Shown in pieces: positions 11,688-22,906 of a DNA stretch of 64,000 nt. Position 1 is the first letter of the stretch. Each line of letters begins with the position of its first letter. Below the pieces are notes generated by a model. The model was not told the origin of the DNA and did no database searches. It saw only the letters and a list, made by a program, of their open reading frames with translations. This DNA comes from Naegleria gruberi (Eukaryota): the NCBI GenBank assembly GCA_000004985.1, contig GG738879.1; one strand, given 5' to 3'. Made by a program: the position numbers and the translations under genes.

Positions 11688-13940
11688 TTAAAGGGAGGCC
11701 ATATCATTATAGAATGCTCTAGTGAGAGAAATGGCTGGATTAATTGAAGATGGGGATGATGCAAGTTGGACGGCGGAAGGATCTGTAACTCTGTAGAAAG
11801 TATAGTTTGAGGAGGTATTCTTATTGGAGGAGGCATCAACAATGAGTTTCAATTCGTGTAATTCTCTCTTGAAATTTTGATAATAGCCATTGAGTGAGGT
11901 AGCCAACATGAATAATTTCAATTTGGCATCGAATAACAAGTATTCCTTTGTGCATGAGAAATAGGTTTGTAAGTATTGGAGATAGGCAAAGGCCAAACCA
12001 CGTGACTTGTTTTCTTCAAAGACACGAGTGAGTTTGTCCTTATGAATGGCCTTAATAGCATATTGAGCGAAAATGATAAAGTAATTGACTGGAACACCTA
12101 AATCCATTTGAATACTTCTCAGTAAATCGTTACATTTCAACAAAAGCAAAACCTTACGATCGAGATCTCCCAAAACCTTAGCAATGTCCATAAAGTGCTT
12201 TTGACTGTATGCTAAGAGCTTATTCTTAGATTGTTTACGTTGATCTTCTTCTTGTTGATGTACAGTGTAGAGATTTTCATCAGCATCGTGAGCTCTGGCT
12301 GTCAGAATAACTTTGAGTAATTCAGAGAAGAGTGGACCATCTCCCTTTCTATCGGCAAGACCCAACTTTTTAGAGACAGTATTGAGCTCTTCTTCATTGT
12401 AGTCAACAATAGCTTTCCACAATCTACAGTACAAAATCTTGAAATCATTATCGAGTTGATGATAGAGGCCATGATCAATAATGACTAATTGTATAGCATT
12501 ATTCCACGAATCCTTCTTTCTACTAACAATAATATTACCAGGGTGAGGGTCAGCATGGACAAATCCCTTAGAGAAGATTTGTTCACTGAAGGCATGGGAG
12601 AGGAGATAGCTGATATAACCTACATCAATATCGAGCCCCTTCTCCTTCATGGAATGAATATCTGTAACCTTGAATCCTTCAACAAATTCAATGGTGAGAA
12701 CCTTATCAGTACAGTGAGTCCAATAAACAAATGGAGTTCTGACATGATCTTTGAGTCTTGGTACAGTTTCCAATTTTTTGCCTAACAAGTAGCAATTCTT
12801 TGCTTCATTTAAAAAGTTCAATTCAAATGGTAAATTCATCTCAAATTCATTACAAATCCATTGAAGTTTAGTGTCTTTGAATGCAAATTCAGCTGCAGCA
12901 ATAAGTCTTTTCAAAAGTTTGGAATCTGCAGATAAACTTCCTTCCAAATCTGGATATTGAACTTTGAGGGCAACCTTTTTACCAGAGCCTTTCAAATAGG
13001 CAACATGAACTTGAGCTAAAGAACCAGCAGCTATTGGCTTTGATTCAATTTTAGAAAAGTATTCTTCATAGAGTGGATCAATAGCACCCTTTTCTAAAGT
13101 CTTGACACCTGTCAATTGTTCTCTGATAAATGATTCAATTATAGACCATGGTCTTGTTGGTGCCTTGTCTTGGCATGGCTTGAATCCATCAGTAAATTCT
13201 GGTGGTAAAACTTGATTTAATGAGGCAATATGTTGGCCAGCCTTGATGAAAACACCACCATTGGCCAAACATAATTGAACAAGTCTTTGAGCACTTCTTT
13301 TGTGAACTTCACTCTTGTGTTCCATAACTTGGTCCTCTGTGACACCTTCAACATTATTCATTGTGTTAAAATTCATCTTATAGTCCACAACAACAATACC
13401 GAGGGCAACAAATGATCTGATAATTTTGATGACAGATTCGATTTGATGTGGCATTGTAAAATGATATTGATAGAATGGTTGAGTGTGAGGAATATTTGAT
13501 GATTCTCCTTCGTCAACATCACTCAACTCTTCATCAAGGAAAATAATATCCTTCACACTATAACCAATGAGAAGAATAGTAAAAGTAGAGAAGGCAATCC
13601 ATACATAACCAACACGACGCACAGTTGGACTGAGTAATTGCTTCTTTTCTGTATGAGATGAAGAGTGTTTTTGATCAAAATTTTGTTTTTGATTGAATTT
13701 CCTAGATGTTGTTGAGTAATTTCTTCTTATTTCTGATTGAACAGAGGAGAGGAAGGCTTGTTTGTTGGACAAGAAACCATGTTGATTCTTTCCTTCCATC
13801 ATTAATAATCGATTATCAACTCCAATCACATTACTATTAATATTCCGTGTTGAATTGGTGAGTGAACAAGCCGATTGCTTCACCCTCGTCAACAGGTGTT
13901 GTTTGTGTTGAGAGAAAAGCAGCGAAGAGGACTTGAACAT
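11688..13940 (-). CDS. ABC1/UbiB-family atypical protein kinase (ADCK-like, probably mitochondrial).
   Basis: ABC1 kinase hallmarks are present: …KAGQHIASLNQVLPPEF…, …AAGSLAQVHVAYLKGSGKKVALKVQYP…, …FVHADPHPGNIIV…. The N-terminus is basic and S-rich, consistent with a mitochondrial presequence. Single exon. Confidence 0.8.
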   Translation of the reverse strand: MFKSSSLLFSQHKQHLLTRVKQSACSLTNSTRNINSNVIGVDNRLLMMEGKNQHGFLSNKQAFLSSVQSEIRRNYSTTSRKFNQKQNFDQKHSSSHTEKKQLLSPTVRRVGYVWIAFSTFTILLIGYSVKDIIFLDEELSDVDEGESSNIPHTQPFYQYHFTMPHQIESVIKIIRSFVALGIVVVDYKMNFNTMNNVEGVTEDQVMEHKSEVHKRSAQRLVQLCLANGGVFIKAGQHIASLNQVLPPEFTDGFKPCQDKAPTRPWSIIESFIREQLTGVKTLEKGAIDPLYEEYFSKIESKPIAAGSLAQVHVAYLKGSGKKVALKVQYPDLEGSLSADSKLLKRLIAAAEFAFKDTKLQWICNEFEMNLPFELNFLNEAKNCYLLGKKLETVPRLKDHVRTPFVYWTHCTDKVLTIEFVEGFKVTDIHSMKEKGLDIDVGYISYLLSHAFSEQIFSKGFVHADPHPGNIIVSRKKDSWNNAIQLVIIDHGLYHQLDNDFKILYCRLWKAIVDYNEEELNTVSKKLGLADRKGDGPLFSELLKVILTARAHDADENLYTVHQQEEDQRKQSKNKLLAYSQKHFMDIAKVLGDLDRKVLLLLKCNDLLRSIQMDLGVPVNYFIIFAQYAIKAIHKDKLTRVFEENKSRGLAFAYLQYLQTYFSCTKEYLLFDAKLKLFMLATSLNGYYQNFKRELHELKLIVDASSNKNTSSNYTFYRVTDPSAVQLASSPSSINPAISLTRAFYNDMASL

Positions 13941-14112
13941 TTTTTTAAGTGAATTTTATTGTGTTGCACATAGTGCGCTGCAGTAGGAACAAGTTCCCGA
14001 CAAGACCGAAACGCAGGGGTTTTTTCGCTTACTTTTATTGTAGACATTATTTGGAAGAGATTGAGCAACCACAAAGCTGTACAGGTGAGATTTTAGTTTT
14101 TATACAAGATGT

Positions 14113-17100
14113 TTAAGGCCTGATAGATTGTCTTGCCTTATCTAAAACATCCTTCTTAATCTTTGGATAATTTGGATGTTTCAATAGAACTTTGTGACAA
14201 ATATCAATGGCTTCAATGTTTCTCTTTGCTTTGAGAAGATTGAAAGCCAATTTGTATCCAACGTTTGGAGAAGATTCATTTGAAAGGAGCCATGCCTTGT
14301 CGTAGGAAGCAGCGGCTTCTTGGAATTGACCTTCCTTCTCGTAAATAAGACCGTTAAGTTCCCATGCCTTAGAGCAAGACTTATTAATTTCCAGAACCTT
14401 CTTTATAAGTTCCTGAGCTACATCGGTTTTGCTACTTGCAATATTAATCTCTGCAAGGAGAAGCCAACCTCTTTCAAAATCATCTTCCCATCCAGTTTTA
14501 ACTTCCATCTTGGAGATTCTCTTTAACATTTGTCTAGCCTTAGCTGTTTGCTTACTCCTTTCAAAAGCATAAGAAATAGCAACTAGAGCAGGAACATAAT
14601 CAGTCTCAACTGATAGAATGTCACCAAATGCAGGAATGGCCTTTTCAATTTCTTCCTTTGATTTACATTTAGCAATTTTAAGATAACCTTGGAGGGTCTT
14701 CTTCTTCATTGTTGATGTGTTCACAGTGGTGAGCTCTTCCAATAATCTCTCTGCAGCAGCGAGACTTTCTGAACGATTTTCGCTCGATAATCTCTTTGGC
14801 GCATTTTCATCGAGAGATTCTGTTGTGGTTTCTGGACTGAGGTAAGTTTCAATCATTAGAACTGTAGCACTTTCTCCCCATTCACCACTCTTACGAGCTC
14901 TGTTAAACCAAACAAGTGATTCTCTTGCATTGTTTCTGTACAAATGATAAATACCATTACAATAATTGTATCCAGGATCATATTCTTCCTTTGGTGAGAA
15001 GTTCTTGGCATTGATCAAGAATTGTTCAGCTTGTTCCAATCGACCAGCTCTTCTCAATAGAGTGATTAATTTCACCAAAGCTTTGTAGTTATTTGGCTTG
15101 TTTTGAAGGAATGCTTGGAAGTGTTCGATAGCATCTTCAAATTTGTTATTTCTGAACATGATATCAGCCATCATAATTGTAGCTTGTTCGTGAGCCTTAT
15201 TCAGTCTCAACAAACTAGTGCAATAGCTGTGACAGCTCTCGATATCATTATCCTTCAATGACAACTCAGCTAGGGCAAGCATACTCTTCTCGTGAGTTTC
15301 ATCGTATTGAAGACCTTCTCTGAAAAGAGCCATAGCTTTCTTGGTATCAGATCTCAAATGATATTCTCCCAATTCATAGCAAATCTTGGCAGTAATTTGT
15401 TTTTCTGAATAGAGAGTATCTTGTTGAGAGTTTTGTAATCTGGAAAGAATTTTAACTTGCATAGACTTTGCTTGCTCGAGATCTGTCATGGCAACTTTAA
15501 GATCACCCATCTTGCTGTGAACTTTGGACAACAACAAATAAATCTTAACATACATGGCCATACCACTAATGTGATTAAGTCTCTTATTATCAAGAACACC
15601 AATCGATTCCATTAGGACAGCTTCGGATTCTCTTGATTTTCTCAATTTCAAATATAATTGAGCAGTTTCATATCTTGCATCAGTGTTATTTGGATCCATC
15701 TCAATAGCATCCTTATAACAAGAGATGGCCTCATCGTAATTGTGCACAAGAACAAATGACTTTGCAATCTTATTTCTCAAAGCAAGATTCTTCTGATCAA
15801 GACTGAGAGCCTCTTGGTATGCTTCAATGGCTTTTTCTGGTTCTTGGATCTTCATGTAAGCATCACCAAGGCACAAATATCCAGATGCTGATTTGGTTGC
15901 CTTCTCAACTAGTTCTTCGTAACACTTGGCATAGGCTCTCTTATCGTTTCTGTTGAGGTAAATTCTAGCAATTTCAGATTTGGCCAACATGAAATAACCA
16001 GAATCTGCTGGAACAGATTGAAGGATTGAAATAGCGCTTTCAAAATCATTTCTGCTAATTGAAAGTCTTGCATTTGCAATAATGATACGACCTTCTTGTT
16101 CTGTTCTTTGGAACTTTTCGAGGGCCTGTTCAATGTACTTGGCAGCTTCAACATATTCGTTTCTTCTGGAGTGAATAGAGGAGAGTTCAAGGAAAATTGA
16201 AACCAATTCATCGTCACTGATCTTTCTTTGAGTGATTTCAGTTTTGAGAATTCTTTCAAGGTTTTGAATGGCATCTTTTGTTTCTCCCTTTGCTGCTAAA
16301 ACCTTGGCCTTCAAGAGGTTGTAGTCACATTGCTTGGTTACTGAGAAATCATAACTGATAGCTCTTTCAAGTTCTGTTGTGGCGAGAGCATAGTTTTCTT
16401 GGTGGTGGGCAATTTGGGCCAACAAGATGTGGGCTTGCGAACTCTTATTGTCAAATTGTAAAACTCTGGATAAAATTCTTTGGGATGATTCAAAATCTCT
16501 CATAACAAACTTGGTCTTGGCCAAGAGTAATTGAGGAAGGATGAGACCAGAAACTTCTGCAGTAAGGAATGTCAAAATTCTTGAAGCAAGAACCAATTCT
16601 TCAGTTGGAGGATCAGTTGGATTTAAAGGCTCACTTGGACTCAGTCTCATCAATTCATTTACAACTTCAAGAATGAATTGCGCATTGAGAGCAGCATAGT
16701 ATTCCAAGCCCTTCTTCTTGACTCTAATTTCCTTCTCGTGTAGTGAGAATACATCATTGAGAGATTTGGTAAAGTTTTCCGAATTCTTGTTACATCTTTG
16801 CTCGTATAAAGCTCCCAAGAATAAGAGTTCAGCTCTGCTTTCTGTTGTATCTTCTTGTACTTCATCTTCGTCGTCTTCCATCAATTCAATATCTCCAAGG
16901 AAATCCTTGTATTGAGTTGCGATTTCCTTCTTATTTTGAAGAATGAAACACTTATATAACCCCTTATTAGCTTCAATACTACTTTCATTGAGTTCCAATG
17001 CCTTTCTGAATGAGGTTTCCGAATTGATAAAATCTCTCATAGTCAATTGAATATAACCTTGAAGAATGAAATAGTCTGCCTCAATAGGATTTGCCTTCTT

Positions 17101-18165
17101 TGCCAAATTCAATAAATCGAGACATCTCTTCAGCAGTTCTTCCCTTCCTTCTGTCAGTGAGTAGAAGGTCTTAGCCAAAGTGAAGCATAATTTATCATTC
17201 TTGGATTCCTTCTTTGTAATTGATTTGAATAATTCGTTAAACTGGTTCACAAGATCCTCATATTGCGATCCTTTAACAAAATAGAATAATAAATTAATAT
17301 ACATGGCATCAACGTTGGAAGGATCTTGTTTTTGAATTCTCAGAGCTGTATCCCTGCATTGGTTCCAATCATCAATTTGCATTAATAATCCACATTTTTC
17401 AGTCAGAGCAGGAACGAAGTTTGGAAAACTTAAACTGACTTGACTGCAAATATCAATAGCCTGTTGAATCTTGTTTTGTTTTTCAGCATTGTAAACTTTT
17501 CCCATAAGAGCATCCACATTTTTAGGATCAAATTTAATACAAGCATCAAACAATTGTTCACAATCCACAAGTTCAATTTCCTCATCCATAACAGTCACCC
17601 AAGCTTTTACAGTATCCAAATTAGAGTAAGGGTCACGATATCTATCATCAATCTATTCATCATTTAACTTGGTTGGAATTAAAAATCAACTTACATCTTC
17701 CAATAAACTTCTTGCCTCATCAAATTCACTCATGTGCAAATACAACATGGCTGCTTGAAGTTTGGCAGAGTTTTGAGCTGATCCTTTTTCCATTTCAACA
17801 AAAGTCTTTAAATTTTCAATTTCTTGTTCATCTTGGTGAGCTGATTGTTCGTGAGCAAAAATCAAACCAATATACGCAGCTAATTGTACCTCCTTTCTTT
17901 CCTTAATCGTGTTGTATCCCTTTATTGCTTCAGTTAAATTTCCTTGCATACAATGACTATAAGAGTGCCACAATCTAATCACTGGATCTTCTCCTCTCGT
18001 GAGAAAAGTCTCACACATTTCCGTGATACTAGAGAAATACTTTTTCCTACAATTATAATTAATATATCCCTGAAGTTCTCCGACACTTGTGATTGTACTC
18101 CCCTTCAGAGCAGAGAGTGTTGTATTACCTTGCATGGCGCCCATACCAACAGATTGCCTCATCAT
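14113..18165 (-). CDS. IFT139: Intraflagellar transport protein 139 (IFT-A subunit TTC21B/THM1), a TPR-rich protein. Exons 18165..17695 and 17653..14113, with a 41-nt intron at 17694..17654.
   Basis: The N-terminus (…INYNCRKKYF…DPVIRLWHSYSHCMQG…AIKGYNTIK…LIFAHEQS…) and C-terminus (…NVGYKLAFNLLKAKRNIEAIDICHKVLLKHPNYPKIKKDVLDKARQSIRP) align closely with human TTC21B. The donor GAT|GTAAGT and acceptor GAATAG|ATT keep the frame and give …LLEDIDDRYRDPYSNLDTVKAW…. Confidence 0.9.
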
Positions 18166-18373
18166 TTTTTTTTAGCTTTAATTGTTCTGTCTTGGTTCAA
18201 AAATTGTACTTGGGTTTTGTATACTGATTTGGCGGGAAAATCTGCTATTGTTGAATACACTCATTTATTCAATTAACAACATTAGAGATTGGTCAAGAAA
18301 ATGCACCAATTCATATTATCATACACAATCTTAAAGTGGTCTAAGAATGTCTGAGAAAATCAATAAGTTTATT

Positions 18374-18616
18374 CTAAAAGTCACTTCTTTTGAGTGGTGT
18401 TGGATCCTTCTTATCTTTCATTTGGTCAAAGGAACCTCCACCGAATAAATCTTCCTTCTTTCCTCTTTCTCCCAAATCAGATTGATAAACATCACCAATG
18501 GATTTATCTTCTTGGCTGCCTAGATTTGAATTCGATTGCAATTGTTGTTGCTTATCCTTCTTGTTTTTCGAATAATCTTGAGTGTTTTCCTTAACCCTGA
18601 GTTCGGATGGATTCAT
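18374..18616 (-). CDS. Small hydrophilic K/D/Q-rich protein (80 aa), hypothetical.
   Basis: ATG at 18616. Codon usage matches neighbouring genes and no homology was recognised. It may be a genuine small ORF or may be non-coding. Confidence 0.3.
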   Translation of the reverse strand: MNPSELRVKENTQDYSKNKKDKQQQLQSNSNLGSQEDKSIGDVYQSDLGERGKKEDLFGGGSFDQMKDKKDPTPLKRSDF

Positions 18617-18742
18617 CTTTTTTGATTTGTTCTAAATCATTCGAAACTGGTTATCACATTATTAATAGATTATAAACAATTTGAGTATTCTTCCAAAAAC
18701 AAAGTCTATAATTGTCCATTTCCATTCCAAACAATACTTTAT

Positions 18743-20329
18743 TTAAAAAGTATAGGAATCAGATTGAGAAATTTCTGAAGCAAGATAGGATTGGCGATTG
18801 AAGGCTGAATCAGAAACAGAGAATTCTTTAGTTTCTGGATTGTAACCTGTGGCCAACACGTAATGTTCAGTCTTCTTTCCTTGTGGCTTTTTCAATTTCA
18901 AAATAACCAATCTTCCACTACAGACATTTTTGGCAGCAATACCAATGATATCGGTTGTTCTTCCAGAATATCTCACTCCAAATTTACCAATTGAGGACCA
19001 AACAAAGAGATTTCCACTTGCATATCCCTTATTATCCTTCAACCATTGATTTAAATCTCTTGGATTCATATTTGACTTTCCAATACCATTCAAACCAGCA
19101 GCAATGGCATTAAGCAAACAACCTGCTTGACAAATTGTCTTACTTGATGATCCGAGAGAAATACTTCCCCATTGAGAATCACATTGTTTAAAAACTGGGA
19201 ACTGGGATGGTGTATATCCTGGATTACAAGTACTGGTTTGAGAAGTTGGTGGATTCTCAGTTGGTGTGGTTGGTGTTTCAGGTTGAGTTGGTGTATTTGG
19301 TGTTTCTGGTGTAGTTGGAGTTTTTGGAGTTTCAATAGTGTTCTTAATTTTTTTGTAAGTATTCTTAACCTTCTTGACAGTATTCTTGACCTTATTAACA
19401 GTGTTAGTGACCTTAGTGACAGTATTCTTAACCTTCTTGAATGTATCCTTAACCTTTGAGAAGAAACTCTTCTTCTTTTTCTTCTTCTTTTCTTGAACTG
19501 GTGGTTGAGGAGTGACTGGTGTAACAGGAGGTGTACTTGGTGTTTCTGGAGTGACTGGAACAGTAGGAACAGTTGGTGTTTCAGGTTGAGTTGGTGTAAC
19601 AGGAGTAACAGGTGTAGTTGGTGGAGTTACTGGAACAGTTGGTGTTTCTGGTTGCTTTGGAGTTTCTGGAACAGTTGGTGGTGTAGTTGGAGTTTCAGGT
19701 TGAGTTGGAGTGGTTGGAGTTTCTGGTTGTTGAGATGGTTGTTGTGGACGAATTGGAGTTGGTGGTTGTCTATTGACAATAACTCTTCTTCTTCCTCTTC
19801 TTCTTTCCTCTGGCACTTCCAATTCGAAACTAATGTTCACATTTTGTGGTTGTTTGGAATTAGCAGCAGCAGCGGCACTTGAAGCAGCAGCACTAGCAGC
19901 AACAGGTTGTTGAACTACAATAGTTTGTGGTTGTTGAATGACAGGTTGTGGAACATTGACAACTATTTCTCTACCTGGAAAGGTGCATTTTGATGAGCAT
20001 GATGAAGAACATTTAGATTTCCTTGTTTCCTTCTTCTTTCCAACAATCTTGACAATGATTTTATCCTTTCTCTTGTTGTTTTTTCTTTTTGATTTTTTAC
20101 ATTTCTTCTTGTTTCCAATAGTTTTAATGACAATCTTTCTCTCAGAAGAATGACGTTTCTTTCTTGATGAAGTTGATGATGCAAACAAATCATCGGTTAA
20201 GTAAACTTGTTGAATAGAATCATCATCATCATTGGTAGAAATTCTGACTCTCCTTCCGGAAGAAGAAGCCAAAACAACACTCAACAATAAACAAATCAAC
20301 AATGTACCCAACAAGAGTGAAATCTTCAT
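18743..20329 (-). CDS. Secreted mucin-like protein. It has a signal peptide, a basic K-rich region, Pro/Thr-rich PETPT(T/V)P repeats, KVKNTV repeats, and a C-terminal papain-fold (CHAP/C39-like) putative amidase or peptidase domain.
   Basis: ATG at 20329 with signal peptide MKISLLLGTLLICLLLSVVLA. The low-complexity middle is encoded by DNA-level repeats. The last ~170 aa are globular, with candidate nucleophile Cys (…KTICQAGCLLNAIAAGLNG…) and candidate His (…TEHYVLATGYN…) spaced as in CHAP/C39-type domains. Confidence 0.55.
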   Translation of the reverse strand: MKISLLLGTLLICLLLSVVLASSSGRRVRISTNDDDDSIQQVYLTDDLFASSTSSRKKRHSSERKIVIKTIGNKKKCKKSKRKNNKRKDKIIVKIVGKKKETRKSKCSSSCSSKCTFPGREIVVNVPQPVIQQPQTIVVQQPVAASAAASSAAAAANSKQPQNVNISFELEVPEERRRGRRRVIVNRQPPTPIRPQQPSQQPETPTTPTQPETPTTPPTVPETPKQPETPTVPVTPPTTPVTPVTPTQPETPTVPTVPVTPETPSTPPVTPVTPQPPVQEKKKKKKKSFFSKVKDTFKKVKNTVTKVTNTVNKVKNTVKKVKNTYKKIKNTIETPKTPTTPETPNTPTQPETPTTPTENPPTSQTSTCNPGYTPSQFPVFKQCDSQWGSISLGSSSKTICQAGCLLNAIAAGLNGIGKSNMNPRDLNQWLKDNKGYASGNLFVWSSIGKFGVRYSGRTTDIIGIAAKNVCSGRLVILKLKKPQGKKTEHYVLATGYNPETKEFSVSDSAFNRQSYLASEISQSDSYTF

Positions 20330-20818
20330 GTTGTTTTAATTTTTTCAAGATGAGGGAGTGAAATATGAAGGATAGCATTGTGAACAGAGTGACTCGATCT
20401 GAAAGAATATCAGGAAGGTCATGTCGAATCGTTTAATTTTGGAATACAAAATTGGAAGGTTAAAAAGTCAATGAGTATTATCATCACCACAGAATTTCTC
20501 ATTTTCCTCCATAACTTTACTTTAAATATCAATATTGATATTTGCAAAATTGATTTATCATCACAATCATAGTGATGGTATTAATGTGCTATTATTATCT
20601 TCAACAGCGGGTTGAACATCACAATGATGATCGGTGCAAGTTCATATTGCAGAATAATCAAAACACAAAAAATTATCTAGAAAATTCTCTCTCGTGCAGG
20701 AACAATCGCAATAGCAGCACCCTGGTAGTGAATATTATAAATAATTAATTTGTTCTTGTTGTATTAATAATATAGTAAAATAGTAATATAAATATAATTG
20801 TAAAATTAGCTGATCATC

Positions 20819-22217
20819 ATGAGTGACTTGGATAATATGTTTGGAGACTTGGAAATTGATGACTCAAACATTCCTGAACCTCCTCAAGTTGTTGAAGGGG
20901 AAAAGAAGGAAAAGAAACTTGTCTATAAGGATATGAATGCTCAGGGTATGAAGCAAATATTCGACAGAGAGGAATATAGTGATTTTAGAGTAATTCTACA
21001 ACAAACAGGAAAGACTGTCTATGTATATAAGGGTATTTTAGCAGCTAGAAGTGAATTCTTCAAGGCGATCACTGAAGGAGGGTTCTCTGAAAAAACTGAC
21101 AATGAATTAGTGGTGGATGATGAAAGTGAGGAAAAGGCTCTCCTTCCACTTCTTGAATTTTGTTATACAGGTGAAATTTCCATCCCAGAACACGAAGTTC
21201 TTGCATACTACTTTATTTCTGACAAGTATCAAGTTTTGTCTTTGAAATCAAAATGTTCCGATTTCTTAGTTGGTAATTTGAAACCAGAAAATGCTGTAGA
21301 AAACTTTGTAGAATATTACACTGCAGCAGAGAGAACAGCTGGAATTGCAGATGAGTTGACAGAAAAAATCATCAAGAGAAGTGTTTTGTACATTCTTAAA
21401 AACTTTTCTGTAATTTGTAAAAGTCCAGAAAAGAGACAAATCATGTTAAATATGGATTTTGAAATGTTGAACAGATGGTTGTCACCTTCTATTGAAGCAA
21501 AGGAATTGAGAGGTATCAATAGTGATCCATCTACTTTTTTGAGATTCATGTTGGAATGGGTTTCTCAAGATATTTCCACCAGAGGATCACATCTTCCTGA
21601 ATTAGTTCAAATGGAAAAGAAGGTTGAATACGGAACTGTTTCAATCTTGAGAGATGATGGTGCTGAACTTCAATCCATTTATGGAGAACCAGAATTTATT
21701 TATGAAACATCTGCAACTGAGATTTCTGGAGCCAAAATTACCAAAAAGACAGCCAACTATTCAAGCATTTATGTCAATACAATGTTGGGCTATGGATCAT
21801 CAACAGCTGTTATTAGATGGAAGGTCAAGATTGTGACATTCAATTCTTGGATTGGTATTGGTGTTGCTATGAGAGATGGTAAGTGTCAATAATTATTTTT
21901 GATGATTTAACTTTATTCTAGTTGTTGAAAAGAAGAAGCTCACATTCTCACCATATGATAAGCATGGTACTTATATGCTTAGTCAAAATGGTTATATTTG
22001 GAATCAATTCATGAAGGGATCTACTAAATATGAATCAGTTGGTTGCAGCTTTACAGTTGGTGATGTTGTGATTCTTGAATTGGTTTGCGCAAAGAAGGAA
22101 TTGAACTTTTACAAGAATGATACAACAAACAAGCTTGCATCCTTTTCGAATATCAAACTCCCAGTTTATCCAAGCTTTATGCTTTGTGGTACAGAATGCA
22201 TTGAGTTCAGTACGTAG
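20819..22217 (+). CDS. BTB/POZ-domain protein with a C-terminal SPRY (B30.2-like) domain. Exons 20819..21878 and 21922..22217, with a 43-nt intron at 21879..21921.
   Basis: BTB core (…YSDFRVILQQTGKTVYVYKGILAARSEFFKAI…LLEFCYTGEI…). SPRY signatures RWKVKIVTFNSWIGIGVA and …GCSFTVGDVVILEL…LNFYKNDT…LPVYPSFML… are split by the intron. The donor G|GTAAGT and acceptor TTCTAG| are in frame. Confidence 0.7.
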
Positions 22218-22399
22218 TTTTTTTGTAATATTTTCAATTTTAACAATTCAATTTTAATTTTAAATATTTTCATACTATATTATATTAGATTGGGATCTCG
22301 AAGAGAGTGAATTTTAATTCATAAACAATTATTGCTGTTAAAAGAAAACTTCAATAAAATGTAATAATATTATTTATTTAAAAAATATTAAAATAAAAA

Positions 22400-22711
22400 A
22401 TGATAACATCAACAGTGAAGAATCCAAACCGTTCCCAAATCCTCATCCTCTACAGAAAATTGCTCCGAACTGGCTATCAATGGCCAAGATGGGAAACATC
22501 AGCCGATAATGCTTTCATGGGAGATTATATTTTGGATAAAACAAAAAGAGAATTTAGAAAAAACATCTCAGCAGTAGAAACTGGACCACTCATGGAAAAG
22601 GCTAGAAAGGAATTGAGATTTTTACACACTCTCCAAGCCGACTATTTCAAGAAACAATTTGTGTTGAAGAGAAATTATGCCGAAGCTGCTGAAGAAATCA
22701 AGCATGATTAA
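22400..22711 (+). CDS. LYR-motif (Complex1_LYR) family small protein, a probable mitochondrial assembly factor.
   Basis: A 103-aa basic protein with the family's L-Y-R/K signature (…ILILYRKLLRTGYQWPRW…REFRKN…). Confidence 0.55.
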   Translation: MITSTVKNPNRSQILILYRKLLRTGYQWPRWETSADNAFMGDYILDKTKREFRKNISAVETGPLMEKARKELRFLHTLQADYFKKQFVLKRNYAEAAEEIKHD

Positions 22712-22906
22712 ATTATATTTTGAACATTTTTAGAGTTGTAGAATAGGAACACACAATATTGGATTTGTTCTATTAGTAATTATATAGTATTTGATGACAA
22801 AACAAATTTCGTTGAATATTTATATATTTCGGATTGGACTAACCAATTACATTGGAATTTTTGATTTGAATAAAATCATCATTTAGGAATTTAATAAGTT
22901 TGAAAA

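Noticed and set aside
14113-17619. Track start 'M' at 17619 for the 1168-aa TPR protein, and the separate 159-aa ORF 17686..18165.
   Set aside because: The 'M' is a TTG (Leu) codon inside exon 2. The two ORFs are exons of one IFT139 gene joined by a 41-nt intron. This shows the ORF track uses non-ATG starts, and I treated all its start coordinates with caution.
19172-19882. Plus-strand ORFs (19172..19459, 19493..19882) rich in W/C/S/F antisense to the Pro/Thr repeat region.
   Set aside because: Reverse-strand translation of a PETPT-coding repeat gives WCFW-type nonsense. There is no independent support. They are artefacts of low-complexity DNA.
20540-20600. Short inverted repeat (CATCAC…GTGATG) in the BTB-SPRY gene upstream region.
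   Set aside because: It has 6-bp arms only. That is too short to call a meaningful hairpin or transposon terminus without further support.
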